This document shows positions 13,510 through 25,330 of a stretch of 64,000 nucleotides of DNA, piece after piece (the first letter of the stretch is position 1; each line of letters begins with the position of its first letter). The position numbers and the translations under genes were made by a program. Under the pieces are notes generated by a model. The model did no database searches, was not told where the DNA came from, and was given only the letters and a program-made list of their open reading frames with translations. The stretch comes from Octopus vulgaris (lineage: Eukaryota), in NCBI GenBank assembly GCA_951406725.2, contig OX597817.1, positions 69,068,001 to 69,132,000 on the forward strand, read 5' to 3'.

Positions 13510-13859
13510 TTGAACAAATCAGTGCCTGTACTTACTGTTTTGTTCAGCCTGATATTTATTCAATCATTCTCTTTTGCCAAACTGCAAAGTTACGGGGGCC
13601 TAAACAACCCAACACCACTTATCAAGTAGAGGAGAAGGAACACATTACACACACACCTCTATCTCCTATTCACCTTTATTTATCGGGGTTCCTTTGGACT
13701 ATATGGCCATGTAAGTCGAAAGCAATCTCACTAGCAGTGATGCCATGACAAAAACATCTAACATACTGTAAAATGGTCGGTGTTAGGAGAGGCATCCAGC
13801 CACAGAAGCAATGCCAAAACAGATTTTGCTGCCTGTCATGGTTCTCCTTATGAAATAAT

Positions 13860-14120
13860 TCTTTTATTCTTTTACTTCTTTCAATCGTTTGACTGCGGTT
13901 ATGCTGGAACACTTCCTTGAAGGGGTTTTTTGATGAACAAATCAACCCCCAGGATTTATTTTTTTTAAGCCTTGTACTTATTCTACCGGTCTCTTTTGCC
14001 GAACCACTGAGTTATGGGGGTCATAAACACACCAGCACTAGTTCTCAAACAGTGATGGCAGGAATATATACAGACACAAAGACTCACACACATGCAGATA
14101 TATACATACATACACAAACA

Positions 14121-14160
<40 letters not shown>

Positions 14161-14320
14161 TACATACATACATACATACATACATACATACATACATACA
14201 TACATACATAGGATGAGCTTCGTTCAGTTTCTGCCTACCAAATCAGTTCATAAGGTTTTAGTCAGCCTGGGGCTATAGTAGAAGACACTTGCCCAAGGTG
14301 CCATGCACTGGGATTGAACT
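13860..14320 (-). mobile_element. SINE family A with expanded (CA)n/(CATA)n
   Basis: Family A tail, body and central domain. Confidence 0.8.
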
Positions 14321-15429
14321 AATGTCAATGATTTAGGTACAAGACAATTTTGTAGGGAGGAAAGTGGATGGTTAGTTGATCAACCCCCACACATAGCAGG
14401 CACCTTTATTTTACCAGTCCCTTAAGTATGAAAGCAAAGCTGACCCCATTTATACTCTAAGTAGTCTAAGGAGTCAATGTTTTAATAATTCAGCTAGTTA
14501 AGCATATAAATTTATGCTATTGATGTTTTGAATACACCTTTATATTTTGTTTTCTTTCTTCATAATTTTTGTCTTTTTTGTCTTTTTATTTTCATAGTGT
14601 TTCTGGTAGCAGGTGTTGAAAGGTAAAAGTATATTTTACTCAAGTTGTTCCATTTGCTGTTCTCTATTGAGATCAAGTCAGTCAAGAGGAAACGTAGATT
14701 GACAATGGCCTTATCTCAATCATTTTAATTAATTGGAGTGCTTTGATTATTTTCCATAGTTGCTTCAGTAAACAACTTGTCTTTATGCTTCAGGTCACAT
14801 ACCATATTTGAGACTTTAAAGGAAAGATGAATGTGACGAATTAAAGAAGTACAAATACCTCATTGTAACTGAAGCAGCAGCCCTTTAACAAAAAATGAAC
14901 CACAAATAACCCCTAAAGAAACATGAACCTCAAATAATCTATGGAATATTCTAACACAAGTAAAACCATTTAAGATATTTTAAGCTTCTATAGATATTTG
15001 CCTGAAGTTATTATTTTCCCTAATGTTAGGGTTTTCTCTTTTTAAAAAAAACTTTTATATGCAATTGTAATAATTCCTATATATAACTACTCTATAAACT
15101 GAATCTTTTAAATTTAAATTTGCCTGAAGCATTTGGTACTTTATTTTAAAAAAAAGAAAAAGCCAAAAGGAAACATTATTTCTTCTTATTCATTTCGTTC
15201 TTTAATAATTCTAACAATCAGCAATTTAAAATATTATTATTTAAAGTTTGAGCAATCTTTAATCCTTGCATCACAGTTCTTGTTGCCTTTCACAATTTTA
15301 ATGGTTTTACTTCAATATAAATTTAGTGTTTATATATCAGTTAAGGAAATATTTTCAGATTTGTTGGCTAAAATCAATTTTTCCTTTCAAATATAAATGC
15401 ATTTTCTTGACAATTCAGCCGTATCTGAC

Positions 15430-16460
15430 TTGTGAATATTCAAGCAAAACTACCCACCTATAGCCTTCCTCTGTCTACCATCTCTTGGATTGTAGCATGT
15501 GCTGGAAGAACCCTCCCTAGCCTACACATCGACTCTGATACGATTCAAAGCTCAATTTTGTTATATGCACTCTTCTGCCCATCAACAATTTACTATAAAA
15601 TCACTTTACATGTCATTCCCCCCAATAGCACCCAACCTTATACAATTTGTATAGTCTTCACTAAGCTTCCATACCCAAATGCCTCATCCATGTGCTCACT
15701 GGACCCTCATTTCATATCTACACTGACTCTGTGAACAAGGACATTCTCAAAAGTGATCCTATAACGATGTCATATCAAACTTGTTTCCTTCAATGGCACT
15801 AAGAAACAATAACTATAAATATATAAAAAATAATAATTATAATACTCCATTCCATTAAACATCAACACCAAATCCACAAAATCCACAAGGTCACCACAAA
15901 TGCTGACCTCACCATCAGTGAGGATCTCTCCAGGTAAACACACACCTTCAACATAGCAAAGGCTACATAACAAAGACTGGCCGTAGTCTTCAAGACCAGA
16001 ATATACTTCATCCCTGAACAACTGCTAACTCCCTACAAAGCTCATTTGAAACTTACAATGGAACACTGCTTCCACACTTGGGTTAGTGCTACTGACATAC
16101 ACAGACTTCCTAACTCACATTGTAAGCAACACAATATGTTAGACTGGCCTAAGCTGCTCACTATCAATGCATAAACTGCTCACTAACACCACTCTAACCT
16201 CTGCATGACACGGACATACTGTCTTTTCTCTGCATCTTCTACCACTGCCATAGCATTTCCCGCTCACTCGAGTTGGCTGATCTTCACGGTGCCACTGTTG
16301 TTGCCACTACCACCACCACCAATTACCACCACTCAGGTCCACCCAACCCACTAGTCTTTCCTCCCTTTGCCACCCAAATTGTGACCACACCAGCAGATTT
16401 GCACTAGCCACTATACCTAGTTTTCTTTTCTGATATTGCCAGCCTTCTGAAAATACTGCC
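15430..16460 (+). mobile_element. Decayed CR1/Jockey-group LINE ORF2
   Basis: C-rich; broken translation QLLTPYKAHLKLTMEHCFHTW (~16020-16080) resembles LLTLYKAxxRPxMEYCxHIW of CR1-group RTs. Confidence 0.6.
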
Positions 16461-16734
16461 CTTGCCTGTGTGTGTGGGTTTTTTACCCCCCTGCAACTGT
16501 TTCACATAAACATCAACTACATTGGTCTCAAACTTTCAAAAGTTTTGGGGGCACAGCTGTTTTCTCCATACTAAATCATTGAAAATAATTATATTTCAGA
16601 TAAGGTACTATCACTTATTATGACTTTTACTTATTTGGATGTCATTTTATCTAAATTTCAGAGATATTTGGCTATTATTTTTAGTAAGTCAAACTGTGAC
16701 AGAGGTATAGTCACTAATTTACAAAAGGTCAGGT

Positions 16735-16870
16735 TAGAACCTTAAAGATGTTTGACTGCAATGTTGGTAAGCTGAATGACCACATGGAAACTCTTTCAAT
16801 GGTATTCAACTCGGTGGAGACATAGTGGAAATAGAGAAACAAATTTGTGACTTGATCATAGTTATTTGGC
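16735..16870 (-). mobile_element. Decayed CR1-like LINE 3' fragment
   Basis: Minus strand resembles the 3' end of the other CR1-like copies in the window. Confidence 0.35.
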
Positions 16871-18094
16871 TGACTGCCTGCAGGTGTGGCATGGATCAAC
16901 AGCACTACTGCTACCACAACCACAACAGCAACAACACAAGCAACAATTATGTTGAGGTTCCATTATTAGCTTATACCATTGTTGGTCTAGTAAACTGATA
17001 TTGATCATTTAGTGAGTGTTTAGATGAAGGCTTGTAGTGTAAAGTTCTTCACTTTCTTTGTCAAAAATTAATATCTGCATTAGACTTGTCACCTATCCAG
17101 GAGAACCTGTACTTCTTATCTTTTTGTTGCTATAGAAAGGGAAAATGTTCACCATAACCTTTTGAATTCTTGCAATTCAAAAAGAGATTTAGATTTTGGT
17201 CCTTTAAGCAATTAGATCAGTAGTTTACTTGTATAGATTTATTTTGATTATGCTGTTCTATAGATTTAGAACTTAGAATGAGAATTTCTGTAATAGAGAC
17301 ATTAAAACAGTGGTTCTGATATTTTTGACTTCATAGCATAATGATGATCAAACAAAAATCATTGTCATATTCTAAGTGAAAAGTTAAAAAAAAAGTGACT
17401 GACAAGTTTTGCAAGGAAACATGGAAAATTTAAAAGAAAGCAGTTTTACAGTTCAAATTTTTTTTAAAGATATAGCAAACCATTGTTTGCTTTGTCTTTT
17501 ATTAATCATATTTGTGTATAACAGCATTATGAATTACGGTTCTCAAGACACTCAAATATTAGTATGGATTTTCAAAAGACTTTAATTATATTTTAAATTA
17601 CTGATGCACTTCACATGAAAACTTTTAAAAAATTGTTTTAAAGTTTTAAAAAAATTGAGAAAAATAATTATTATTTAAATTTTTTTTTTAATCATACTGT
17701 ATGTAACAAAATTATGAATAACATATTCTTCAACATGCTCATGTGTTAATATGGATTTTCTATAACCTTAAATTAAATTTTTTTTCATGATTATTTTTTT
17801 CTTTTTAGCATTTACTTTATTATCTGAGTATAGGTTATAACTGAACATATCAAGCAATCTGTCTTGTTCTTGTGAATTTGATTGGAAGACTTGGATACTC
17901 CATACATGTTTTTTCTACATTTTTTTAATTAAATTTTTAGTAAGAGTCAAAGATGAGTTTATGAATTTTGTCCAGAGACTTTGGAGTGAATTTATTTAGT
18001 TTTGTGTGGTTTCTTTTAATCTTAAATCAACTCATTCACTTTAATTTACTTTGCTATCTGTAAAGGTATATTGTTCTCTCAGTACTGGGTGAGT

Positions 18095-18250
18095 GGAGGT
18101 GTGTGGCTTAGTGGTCGGGGTGTTGAACTCATGATCAAAAGATTGTGGTTTCAATTCCTGAACCAGGTGATGCGCTGTATTCTTGAGCAAAACACTTCAT
18201 TTCATGTTGCCCCAGTGTACTCAGCTGGCAAAAATGAGTAATCCTGTGAC
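18095..18250 (+). mobile_element. CORE-type tRNA SINE (family C), 5' part
   Basis: GTGGCTTAGTGG A-box, GTTTCAATTCC B-box, TTCTTGAGCAAAACACTT...CTCAGCTGGCAAAAATGAGT CORE-like domain. Confidence 0.8.
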
Positions 18251-18596
18251 ATACTAAATTGTACATACTAAATTCCTGTTTTAATCGTTACCAAAGAAGT
18301 TGAAATATATTTTAACAATGATGTTAGTAACTATGATTTCCACATTGAATTTGAATCTGCCGTGTGTTTTTTTTTTTTTTGACTTTCAAAACAAGGATAA
18401 AATGTTATAGAATAAAAGGCATGGAAAAAAATAGTCTCAGATCACAATATTCACATAGTAACAATATCAGATGGCACATGGCAAGTATTTACCTAATGGC
18501 ATTAGAGTATCATTAATGCAGCAACAAGATTTACATTGATATTTTGATTTAACTTTTTCTGTTATAATAGTTCCATTTAAATACACAAACATCTAA

Positions 18597-18806
18597 CTCT
18601 TTAGCATTTAAACCAGCCATATCTGACCAAAATAATTCTGTCTGTTTTATATTCAAACCAGCTAGGCCTGGTCTCTCACACCTATACCCTTGTGAAAATA
18701 AATAATCATATCAAAATCTCGAATTTACAAGATAATGTGTGATTAATTTAAAACAATGTGAATAAATAAACATTACATTTGACAGAGTAATTGGAACACT
18801 AAAAGG
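18597..18806. mobile_element. piggyBac-type MITE, family 1
   Basis: CTAA|CTCTTTAGCATT ... CACTAAAAGG|TTAA; homologous to 26670-26902 and 48851-49068. Confidence 0.8.
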
Positions 18807-19626
18807 TTAAATTGATAGTAACTTCAGTAAAATTTCTCGGTGTTTGGAACAAATTAAGATGAAATTTTGGTAGATTTTAATTTAGTTCACTTTAAAAGAA
18901 GGAAGTGGGCTGGTATGAAAGAATTTAAATACAAACAGGTTTCAAGTGGTCTGGAAATAAAAAAAAAAGGGGCTTAAAACATGACACGGCAAAGAATCTT
19001 CTGTACAATCTCTTTATCTGCTTAGATGTTGCAGCTCAGCTAAATGCTCAGTAAACACACAATGCTCAGCATGCTGTAATACACTGGTGCACTGCATGAG
19101 TTATCTAAGTCTACTGCAAATTTTGAAAAATATATAATTCAAGATTTTAAAAAATCCATAGTAATATATGAGAGCACCTTGAAAAACATGTTATTCATAA
19201 TTTTGTTACATACAGTAGCATTAACAAAACACAGTAAAGAATAGTTGAATTACTTTTTTCTACATTTTTAGCTTAGTAATTCTAAAAGTATAATTAAAGT
19301 CTTTTGAAAATCCATACTAATATTTAAGAGTCTTGAGAAGCAAAATTTATAATGTTGTTATACACAAGTATGGTTCATAAAAGGCAAAGTAAACAATAGA
19401 TTGTTATATTTTTTAAAAAATAATAAAATTTCTAACTGTAAAATTGATTTCTTTTAAAGTTATTTGTATGTTTGAAAAAAATAACTCCAATATCCTTCAA
19501 ATAATACAATGTGGGAAAAGAAGCTCCAGTAATTCTATAAAGCATGTAAACAACTGTATTAAGGATACTTGTCTTTGACATGAAAGGGTAGCATTCACGG
19601 TGTTTTTTACATGGACATTAGGATAG

Positions 19627-19863
19627 GAAAGAAGGAAGGAAGGAAGGAAGGAAGACAGAAAGGAAGAAAGGTAGGCAGGCAGGCAGGCAGGAAGGAAGGG
19701 GGGGGGAAGGAGGAAGGAAGGAAGGAAGGAAGGAAGGAAGGAAGGAAGGAAGGAAGGAAGGAAGGAAGGAAGGGATGAAGGGAAGAAGGCAGGAAGGAAG
19801 GAAGGCAGGAAGGAAGGAAGGCAGGAAGGAAGGAAGGCAGGAAGGAAGGAAGGCAGGCAGGAA
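19627..19863. repeat. (GGAA)n/(GGCA)n microsatellite
   Basis: Direct reading. Confidence 0.95.
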
Positions 19864-20082
19864 GTTATCTTCAGACTACAAATCTGGCATCAATGCTTGC
19901 AACACGATGGAGTTGACTATATGCACCCAGGGGTTAAGCAGTAGTGAGAAATTAAGTTTGCTGTCCAAAGAACATGAAAGGTCTGTACAACAAATTACTA
20001 CATAGTTTCTATCTACTATATTTCACACATGTTTTGGTGGAGCAGATGCTATGATAGAAGACCCTTGATATTAGCTAATTAT

Positions 20083-20375
20083 TGCACCATCATCACCCCC
20101 AGTACTTATTCTCTTTTAAACCTGGTGCTTATACTATCAGTCTCTCTTGCTGAACTGCTAAGTTATGGGCACATAAACCATCATGTTTCTACTGGTTGTC
20201 ACACGTGTGGTGGGACAAACACACAGGCACATGTGCACCATCATCACCCCCAGTACTTACTCTCTTTTAAACCTGGTACTTATACTATCAGTCTCTCTTG
20301 CTGAACTGCTAAGTTATGGGCACATAAACCAGCACTGGTTGTCAAGTAGTGGTGGGACAAACACACAGGCACATG
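20083..20375 (-). repeat. Tandem duplication (~151-bp period) of a SINE A 3' segment
   Basis: TGCACCATCATCACCCCCAGTACTTA...GGTGGGACAAACACACAGGCACATGT occurs twice in tandem. Confidence 0.85.
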
Positions 20376-20413
20376 TATACAGATGACAAGCTTCTTTCAG
20401 TTTCCATCTAGCA

Positions 20414-20757
20414 CAGTGGTTCTGAACCAGGGTCAATATGGCCCTTGAAAGTCCATATAAGACTTTTGGGGGTCGGCACAATAAAAGAGTAAATTGAAGA
20501 CCCATAATATCATTTTAAGGATCCCTGAAAAAATTTTGCTTTAGATTTATGTATTGGTATGCATTGCAAGAAAAAGCTAAGTTTCTTTCTCTAACATGTT
20601 ACATAGTTCAACTTACACAAGTTAATGTGTGAAAAACAAAATAGGAATTTTGAAAGAAGTTTCTATAAAACCAGTTTTAAAACATCAAATAGCTAAGGGG
20701 GTTGGTCAGAATAAAATAATAATCAAAGAGTCTATAGATAAAGAATGTAAACCTCTG
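20414..20757. mobile_element. hAT-like MITE inserted in a SINE A
   Basis: Begins CAGTGGTTCTGAACC and ends AACCTCTG (degenerate Charlie-like termini); SINE A sequence resumes on both sides. Confidence 0.55.
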
Positions 20758-20797
20758 TGAATCATTCACAAGGCTTTGCTTGACTCAGGGCCATAGT

Positions 20798-21210
20798 ACT
20801 CTTTACTCTCTTTTACTCTTTTACTTGTTTCAGTCATTTGACTGCGGCCATGCTGGAGCACCGCCTTTACTCGAGCAAATCGACCCCAGGACTTATTCTT
20901 TGTAAGCCCAGTACTTATTCTATCGGTCTCTTTTGCCGAACCGCTAAGTGACGGGGACGTAAACACACCAGCATTGGTTGTCAAGCAATGCTAGGGGGAC
21001 AGACACACAAACATATACATACACATCCATATATATATACATATATACGACAGGCTTCTTTTAGTTTCTGTCTACCAAATCCACTCACAAGGCATTGGTC
21101 GGCCCGGGGCTATAGCAGAAGACACTTGCCCAAGATGCCACGCAGTGGGACTGAACCCGGAACCATGTGGTTGGTAAGCAAGCTACTTACCACACAGCCA
21201 CTCCTGCGCC
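20798..21210 (-). mobile_element. Young full-length SINE A nested in an older SINE A
   Basis: CpG-rich near-consensus copy; host resumes with TAGAAGACTCTTGCTCAAGG at 21211. Confidence 0.92.
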
Positions 21211-21397
21211 TAGAAGACTCTTGCTCAAGGAGTTGCACAGTGGAACTGAACCTGAAACCACATGGTTGTGAAACAAACTTCTTAACCTCACAGCCATGTC
21301 CGCAACTTGTATTCTTTTACTCTTTCACTTGTTTCAATCATTTGAGTGCAGCCATGCTGGAGGACCACCTTAATAATATATGTATGATTTAATTTCA

Positions 21398-21763
21398 TAA
21401 ATAGCAGTAGTGTGATTCCCTTCATGGGACTGTCACATGAAGTTGACAGTATGCAACTACTCTGTCGTACCACTACTGCTTATATCTCTCCGAGATATTT
21501 AGAAATGTAATATTTCTATTTTTGTAATCAGACATCTCCAACTAGCAGGCAATGCTACTCCAGACTGATGACGAGCAAAGACTCAAAAACTAGTCTCTGG
21601 ATGCAGGCTTAGCTGGACGGAGGTGCTTGTCTCCCCCTTGTAAACATAAGAACACAGGAAATGTGTCAAGGCCGACAGGAAGCACTGATACTTCCTAGGG
21701 CTAAATAGCAGTGCTGTGATTCCTTTCATGGGACTGTCACATTAAGTTAACAGTATACAACTA
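21398..21763 (+). mobile_element. Penelope/retrozyme-like unit: 62-bp direct repeats (304-bp period) enclosing a degenerate type I hammerhead
   Basis: TAAATAGCAGT.GTGTGATTCC.TTCATGGGACTGTCACAT.AAGTT.ACAGTAT.CAACTA at 21398 and 21702; TCCAGA-CTGATGA-CGAG..CTC-AAAAA-CTAG-TC-TCTGGA at ~21559-21601. Confidence 0.6.
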
Positions 21764-22966
21764 ATTTATTTTCAAATTTTCTACAATTAATATTTACTCA
21801 TATGTTAAGTGACAAATTTTGCTTCATTTTATTCATTTTTATGATGCCTATGTATGTATGTGTATTTATACCTTTGTACCTGAATTTATTTCATATTGTA
21901 GTATTCTTCAAACATTTTAACAAATTCCAGTAATTCATGCCAGTCTACCTTTATGGTACACCTGTTTTATATGCATTCAAGATCAACTGATAATTTATAG
22001 CATAATTTTAATATATTCTACAGTTGTTATATAATCCCAGCAGAATATTGATTAACAGCTCACATTATATGGTGATTTTTAAACCAAATTTTCACTGAAT
22101 TTACCAGAAATTAGAGTAGTTTTGAAACAAAATTGGCATCATAGATTTATGTAAGAGCCTTTTGTCAACTTGTGCTCCAGGCATCACCTTAATGTATCAA
22201 TAAAAACGAAAGTTATAGTTGTATCATAAAACCAGTCTAAACTCATGATTAATTAGGAATTTAATTGAAACACAGAAATATGGTAACAAAAGGAAGGGAA
22301 CTAGTTGAGAAGTAAAGTTTTATTAATTTGTTTCCCATCCATATTTATTTCCAGTTGCTACTGGATAACACAACAGTACATTGGCAGAATAAATGCTGGG
22401 AGAACTGCCACATAATATTTGGAGCTAACTCTTTAAATTTTGATTTAAAAACCTAATACAAACAATTGAAGCAGTATTAAATTAAAATAGCCATTTGTAT
22501 ATCATACTCAAAGTATACACACTGTCTGTTGACCAATTACTTGCCGTAATTGCTTCTTAAACAGAATGTCTTTAACACAGCAACTCCATAAGAGATGTTA
22601 TTTCAGGACAAACACTGCAGTAACTGGCCTATTGCCAATGTATATACATAAAGTCTGAGTTAAAATTTGCTTTTTATCCTTCACCACTGCCATCACCCCC
22701 ACCACCACCATCATCATCATCATAATTCAGCATTTAATTATTGTTTACTTTTACATGCTTACTTATATGGATCAAACAAGAGTGTGTTGGGCCAGAGTTT
22801 TCTATAGCCAGGTGCACTTCCTATTGTCACCCACAGTATCTTTTCTCAAGTAAGATTATAACCTTTTAGTCAATCAGACAACAAACAGCCCAGAATTGTT
22901 TGCCTGAAGAACTGGAAACAAATGACATCAAAGCAAGTCTTTTGTTTACAAAGATTGCACAACATA

Positions 22967-23137
22967 GGCGCAGGAGTGGCTGTGTGGTAAGTAGCTTGCT
23001 AACCGACCACATGGTTCCGGGTTCAGTCCCACTGTGTGGCATCTTGGGCAAGTGTCTTCTGCTATAGCCCCGGGCCGACCAATGACTTGTGAGTGGATTT
23101 GGTAGACGGAAACTGAAAGAAGCCTGTCGTATATATG

Positions 23138-23168
<31 letters not shown>

Positions 23169-23385
23169 TTGTGTGTCTGTGTTTGTACCCCTAGCATTGC
23201 TTGACAGCCAATGCTGGTGTGTTTATGTCCCCGATACTTAGCGGTTCGGCAAAAGAGACCGATAGAATAAGTACTGGGCTTACAAAGAATAAGTCCCAGG
23301 GTCGATTTGCTCGACTAAAGGTGGTGCTCCAGCATGGCCGCAGTCAAATGACTGAAACAAGTAAAAGAGTAAAGAGTAAAAGAGT
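22967..23385 (+). mobile_element. Young full-length SINE A with 6-bp TSD
   Basis: Near-consensus; TSD AACATA at 22961-22966 and 23386-23391. Confidence 0.93.
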
Positions 23386-23566
23386 AACATATAAAGACAT
23401 CTGAAGATGCTGCCATAGTGGACTGCAGGTAAATAGCACCATAAGCGAAGCTATTGTTTATAGCAAGCAAAACGTGTGTAGACAAGGGGAATTCAAACCT
23501 ACACAAATACACACAACACTCACCACCACACACATACACATGTGTGTGTGTCTGTATGTGTGTGTA

Positions 23567-25138
23567 TAGTGGTGCAATTTGATTTTATATATTCAAGTTG
23601 TAAACTTTTATATATTCAAGTTGTAAATTATGAATTAAGATATATATCAAAATAAAGAAGATTTCATGAGCTTTAATATGGTAACATATCAATTTTACAG
23701 TGTAACAGCAACATATATTAATATCATCTTAATTATTGTAATTTATAGCACCATTTAATTTAGGAGCAATTTGTTAAATTTCAGTTTTTTGCTTTAAAAA
23801 GCTTATTCTGAGATTAACAAACAAAAAAAATTATTATTATAATAATAAGCTCACACATCAGTATTTGGTTGGGTATCCAAAATTACTTAATACAGCTTTG
23901 CATCTGTGAAACATAGAATTGTTTACATTGTTTATTTCTGTTTCTAAGATCTTTTCCCAATTTTGGCTAATAATGTTTAAAAAATCATTCTTATTCTTTG
24001 ACTTACTACTTTGCACAGCTCTACCCAACCTTTCCCAAAGATTTTCTATGGGAGATACGTCAGGTGACTGCACTGGCCATTGCGTCAACTGAACTCTCTT
24101 AGACCTAATGTAATCTCTGACTAGGTGCGAGGTGTGTTTTGGATCATTGTCATGCTGGAAAGTTCAAGATCAGCCCAAATGCTTTTGGGCATATGGAAGC
24201 ATAGTCTTATCTAATATTTTTAGATAGGACTTACTGTCCATAATGCCCTTGATTCAGATTATAGGACCGACACCTTTTCCAGACAAGCACATCCACACCA
24301 TCACACTTCCACCACTGCATTCTTACATACTTCCTGCCATCACTGTCGAACAAGTTGAACTTTGACTTGTCCAACCACAACACATTTAGTCAATCTGCTG
24401 GACTCCAATTCAAATGCTCTTTTGCAAACTGTATTCAGGCACATCAATTTTTTAAAGAAACATATAGCTTTTTTCAAGAGACTCTGCCCTAGAAGTCCAA
24501 ATTCTTTGAAATGTTTTTTTTTATGGTGGACACGCCAATGGCAAGTCCATATTTTTGCTGAATTTCTTTTAAAATGTCAACAGCAGTCATTAAAATTTTT
24601 TTTGGAACAGTCTATGAATGTATCTATCCATTCATGCCATTGTTTCTCTTGGTTGCTCAGGTTGAAAGTGGTCTTTATAATCATTAGTATATAAAGATGG
24701 ACAGCTTTGTAGGCAGCTGTTTTAGAGCATCCAACTTCATTTCAAATAGCCTTATGTGACCATTTCAGCCTACTAAGCTAAACAATACTCATTCTGGTGT
24801 TAAGTTTTGTCTCTTACTCATCACAACTATTAAGTAACTTAGAAATTGTAACAGCATGCAAATTACCCGACGTTTATATTAATCAATAAGGCAAAAAGAA
24901 TGCAATTTTGCAAATCATTCTTCAATTAAATGGCAATGTAACTTACGCAAAATAAAGTTTATTTTTAATTTAAAATTGATATATTGATGTTATGCTGTAA
25001 AGCTGTATACCATATTAAAGTTTGTGAAAATTTCTTTATTTTGATATACATCTTAATTCACAATTTACAACTTGAATATATAAAAAATGCCATTTTAACT
25101 TTAGTATACTAGCGTTCTTAAATTAAATGGTACCACTG
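23567..25138 (-). mobile_element. Full-length but decayed Tc1 (DD34E) transposon, ~1.57 kb, IR/DR type
   Basis: ~200-bp inverted termini (AGTGGTGCAATTTGATTT / AAATTAAATGGTACCACTG, shared TATATTCAAGTTGTAAATT block) with an inner direct repeat of the end motif; minus-strand transposase motifs. Confidence 0.92.
23858..24830 (-). pseudogene. Tc1 transposase pseudogene
   Basis: VLWLDKSKFNLFDSDG, GGSVMVWMC, FQHDNDPKH, WPVQSPDVSPIENLW, GYPTKY*; 34 residues between the second D and E; stops and frameshifts upstream; 5' boundary approximate. Confidence 0.9.
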
Positions 25139-25149
25139 GATAGTCAAAT

Positions 25150-25330
25150 CAAATAAACAAACAATAAAATGTAAAATAACAGACAACAAGAGGACATGTG
25201 CACAAGGAATGTATTAGTTTGATGCTTAGTAAAAAGTGAGAATTTTTGACGTTTCAAGCATAGCTCTTTGTCAGAAAAGAAAGTGGGAAAAGTTCAAAGA
25301 AGGATAAAAAAAAATCACCAACAGCACACG
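25150..25330 (-). mobile_element. Penelope-like fragment carrying a minimal hammerhead relic
   Basis: Minus strand 25243-25278: TTTT-CTGACAA-AGAGC-TAT-GCTT-GAAA-CG-TC-AAAAA. Confidence 0.55.

Larger units (their letters stand above)
17429..19458. mobile_element. Foldback element with ~340-bp inverted arms (17429-17775 and 19135-19458)
   Basis: TCTCAAGACACTCAAATATTAGTATGGATTTTCAAAAGACTTTAATTATA and TACTGTATGTAACAAAATTATGAATAACAT recur in reverse complement near 19290-19340 and 19190-19218. Confidence 0.8.

Noticed and set aside
22967-23045. tRNA genes
   Set aside because: The A/B-box sequences are SINE heads followed by SINE bodies; no standalone tRNA seen
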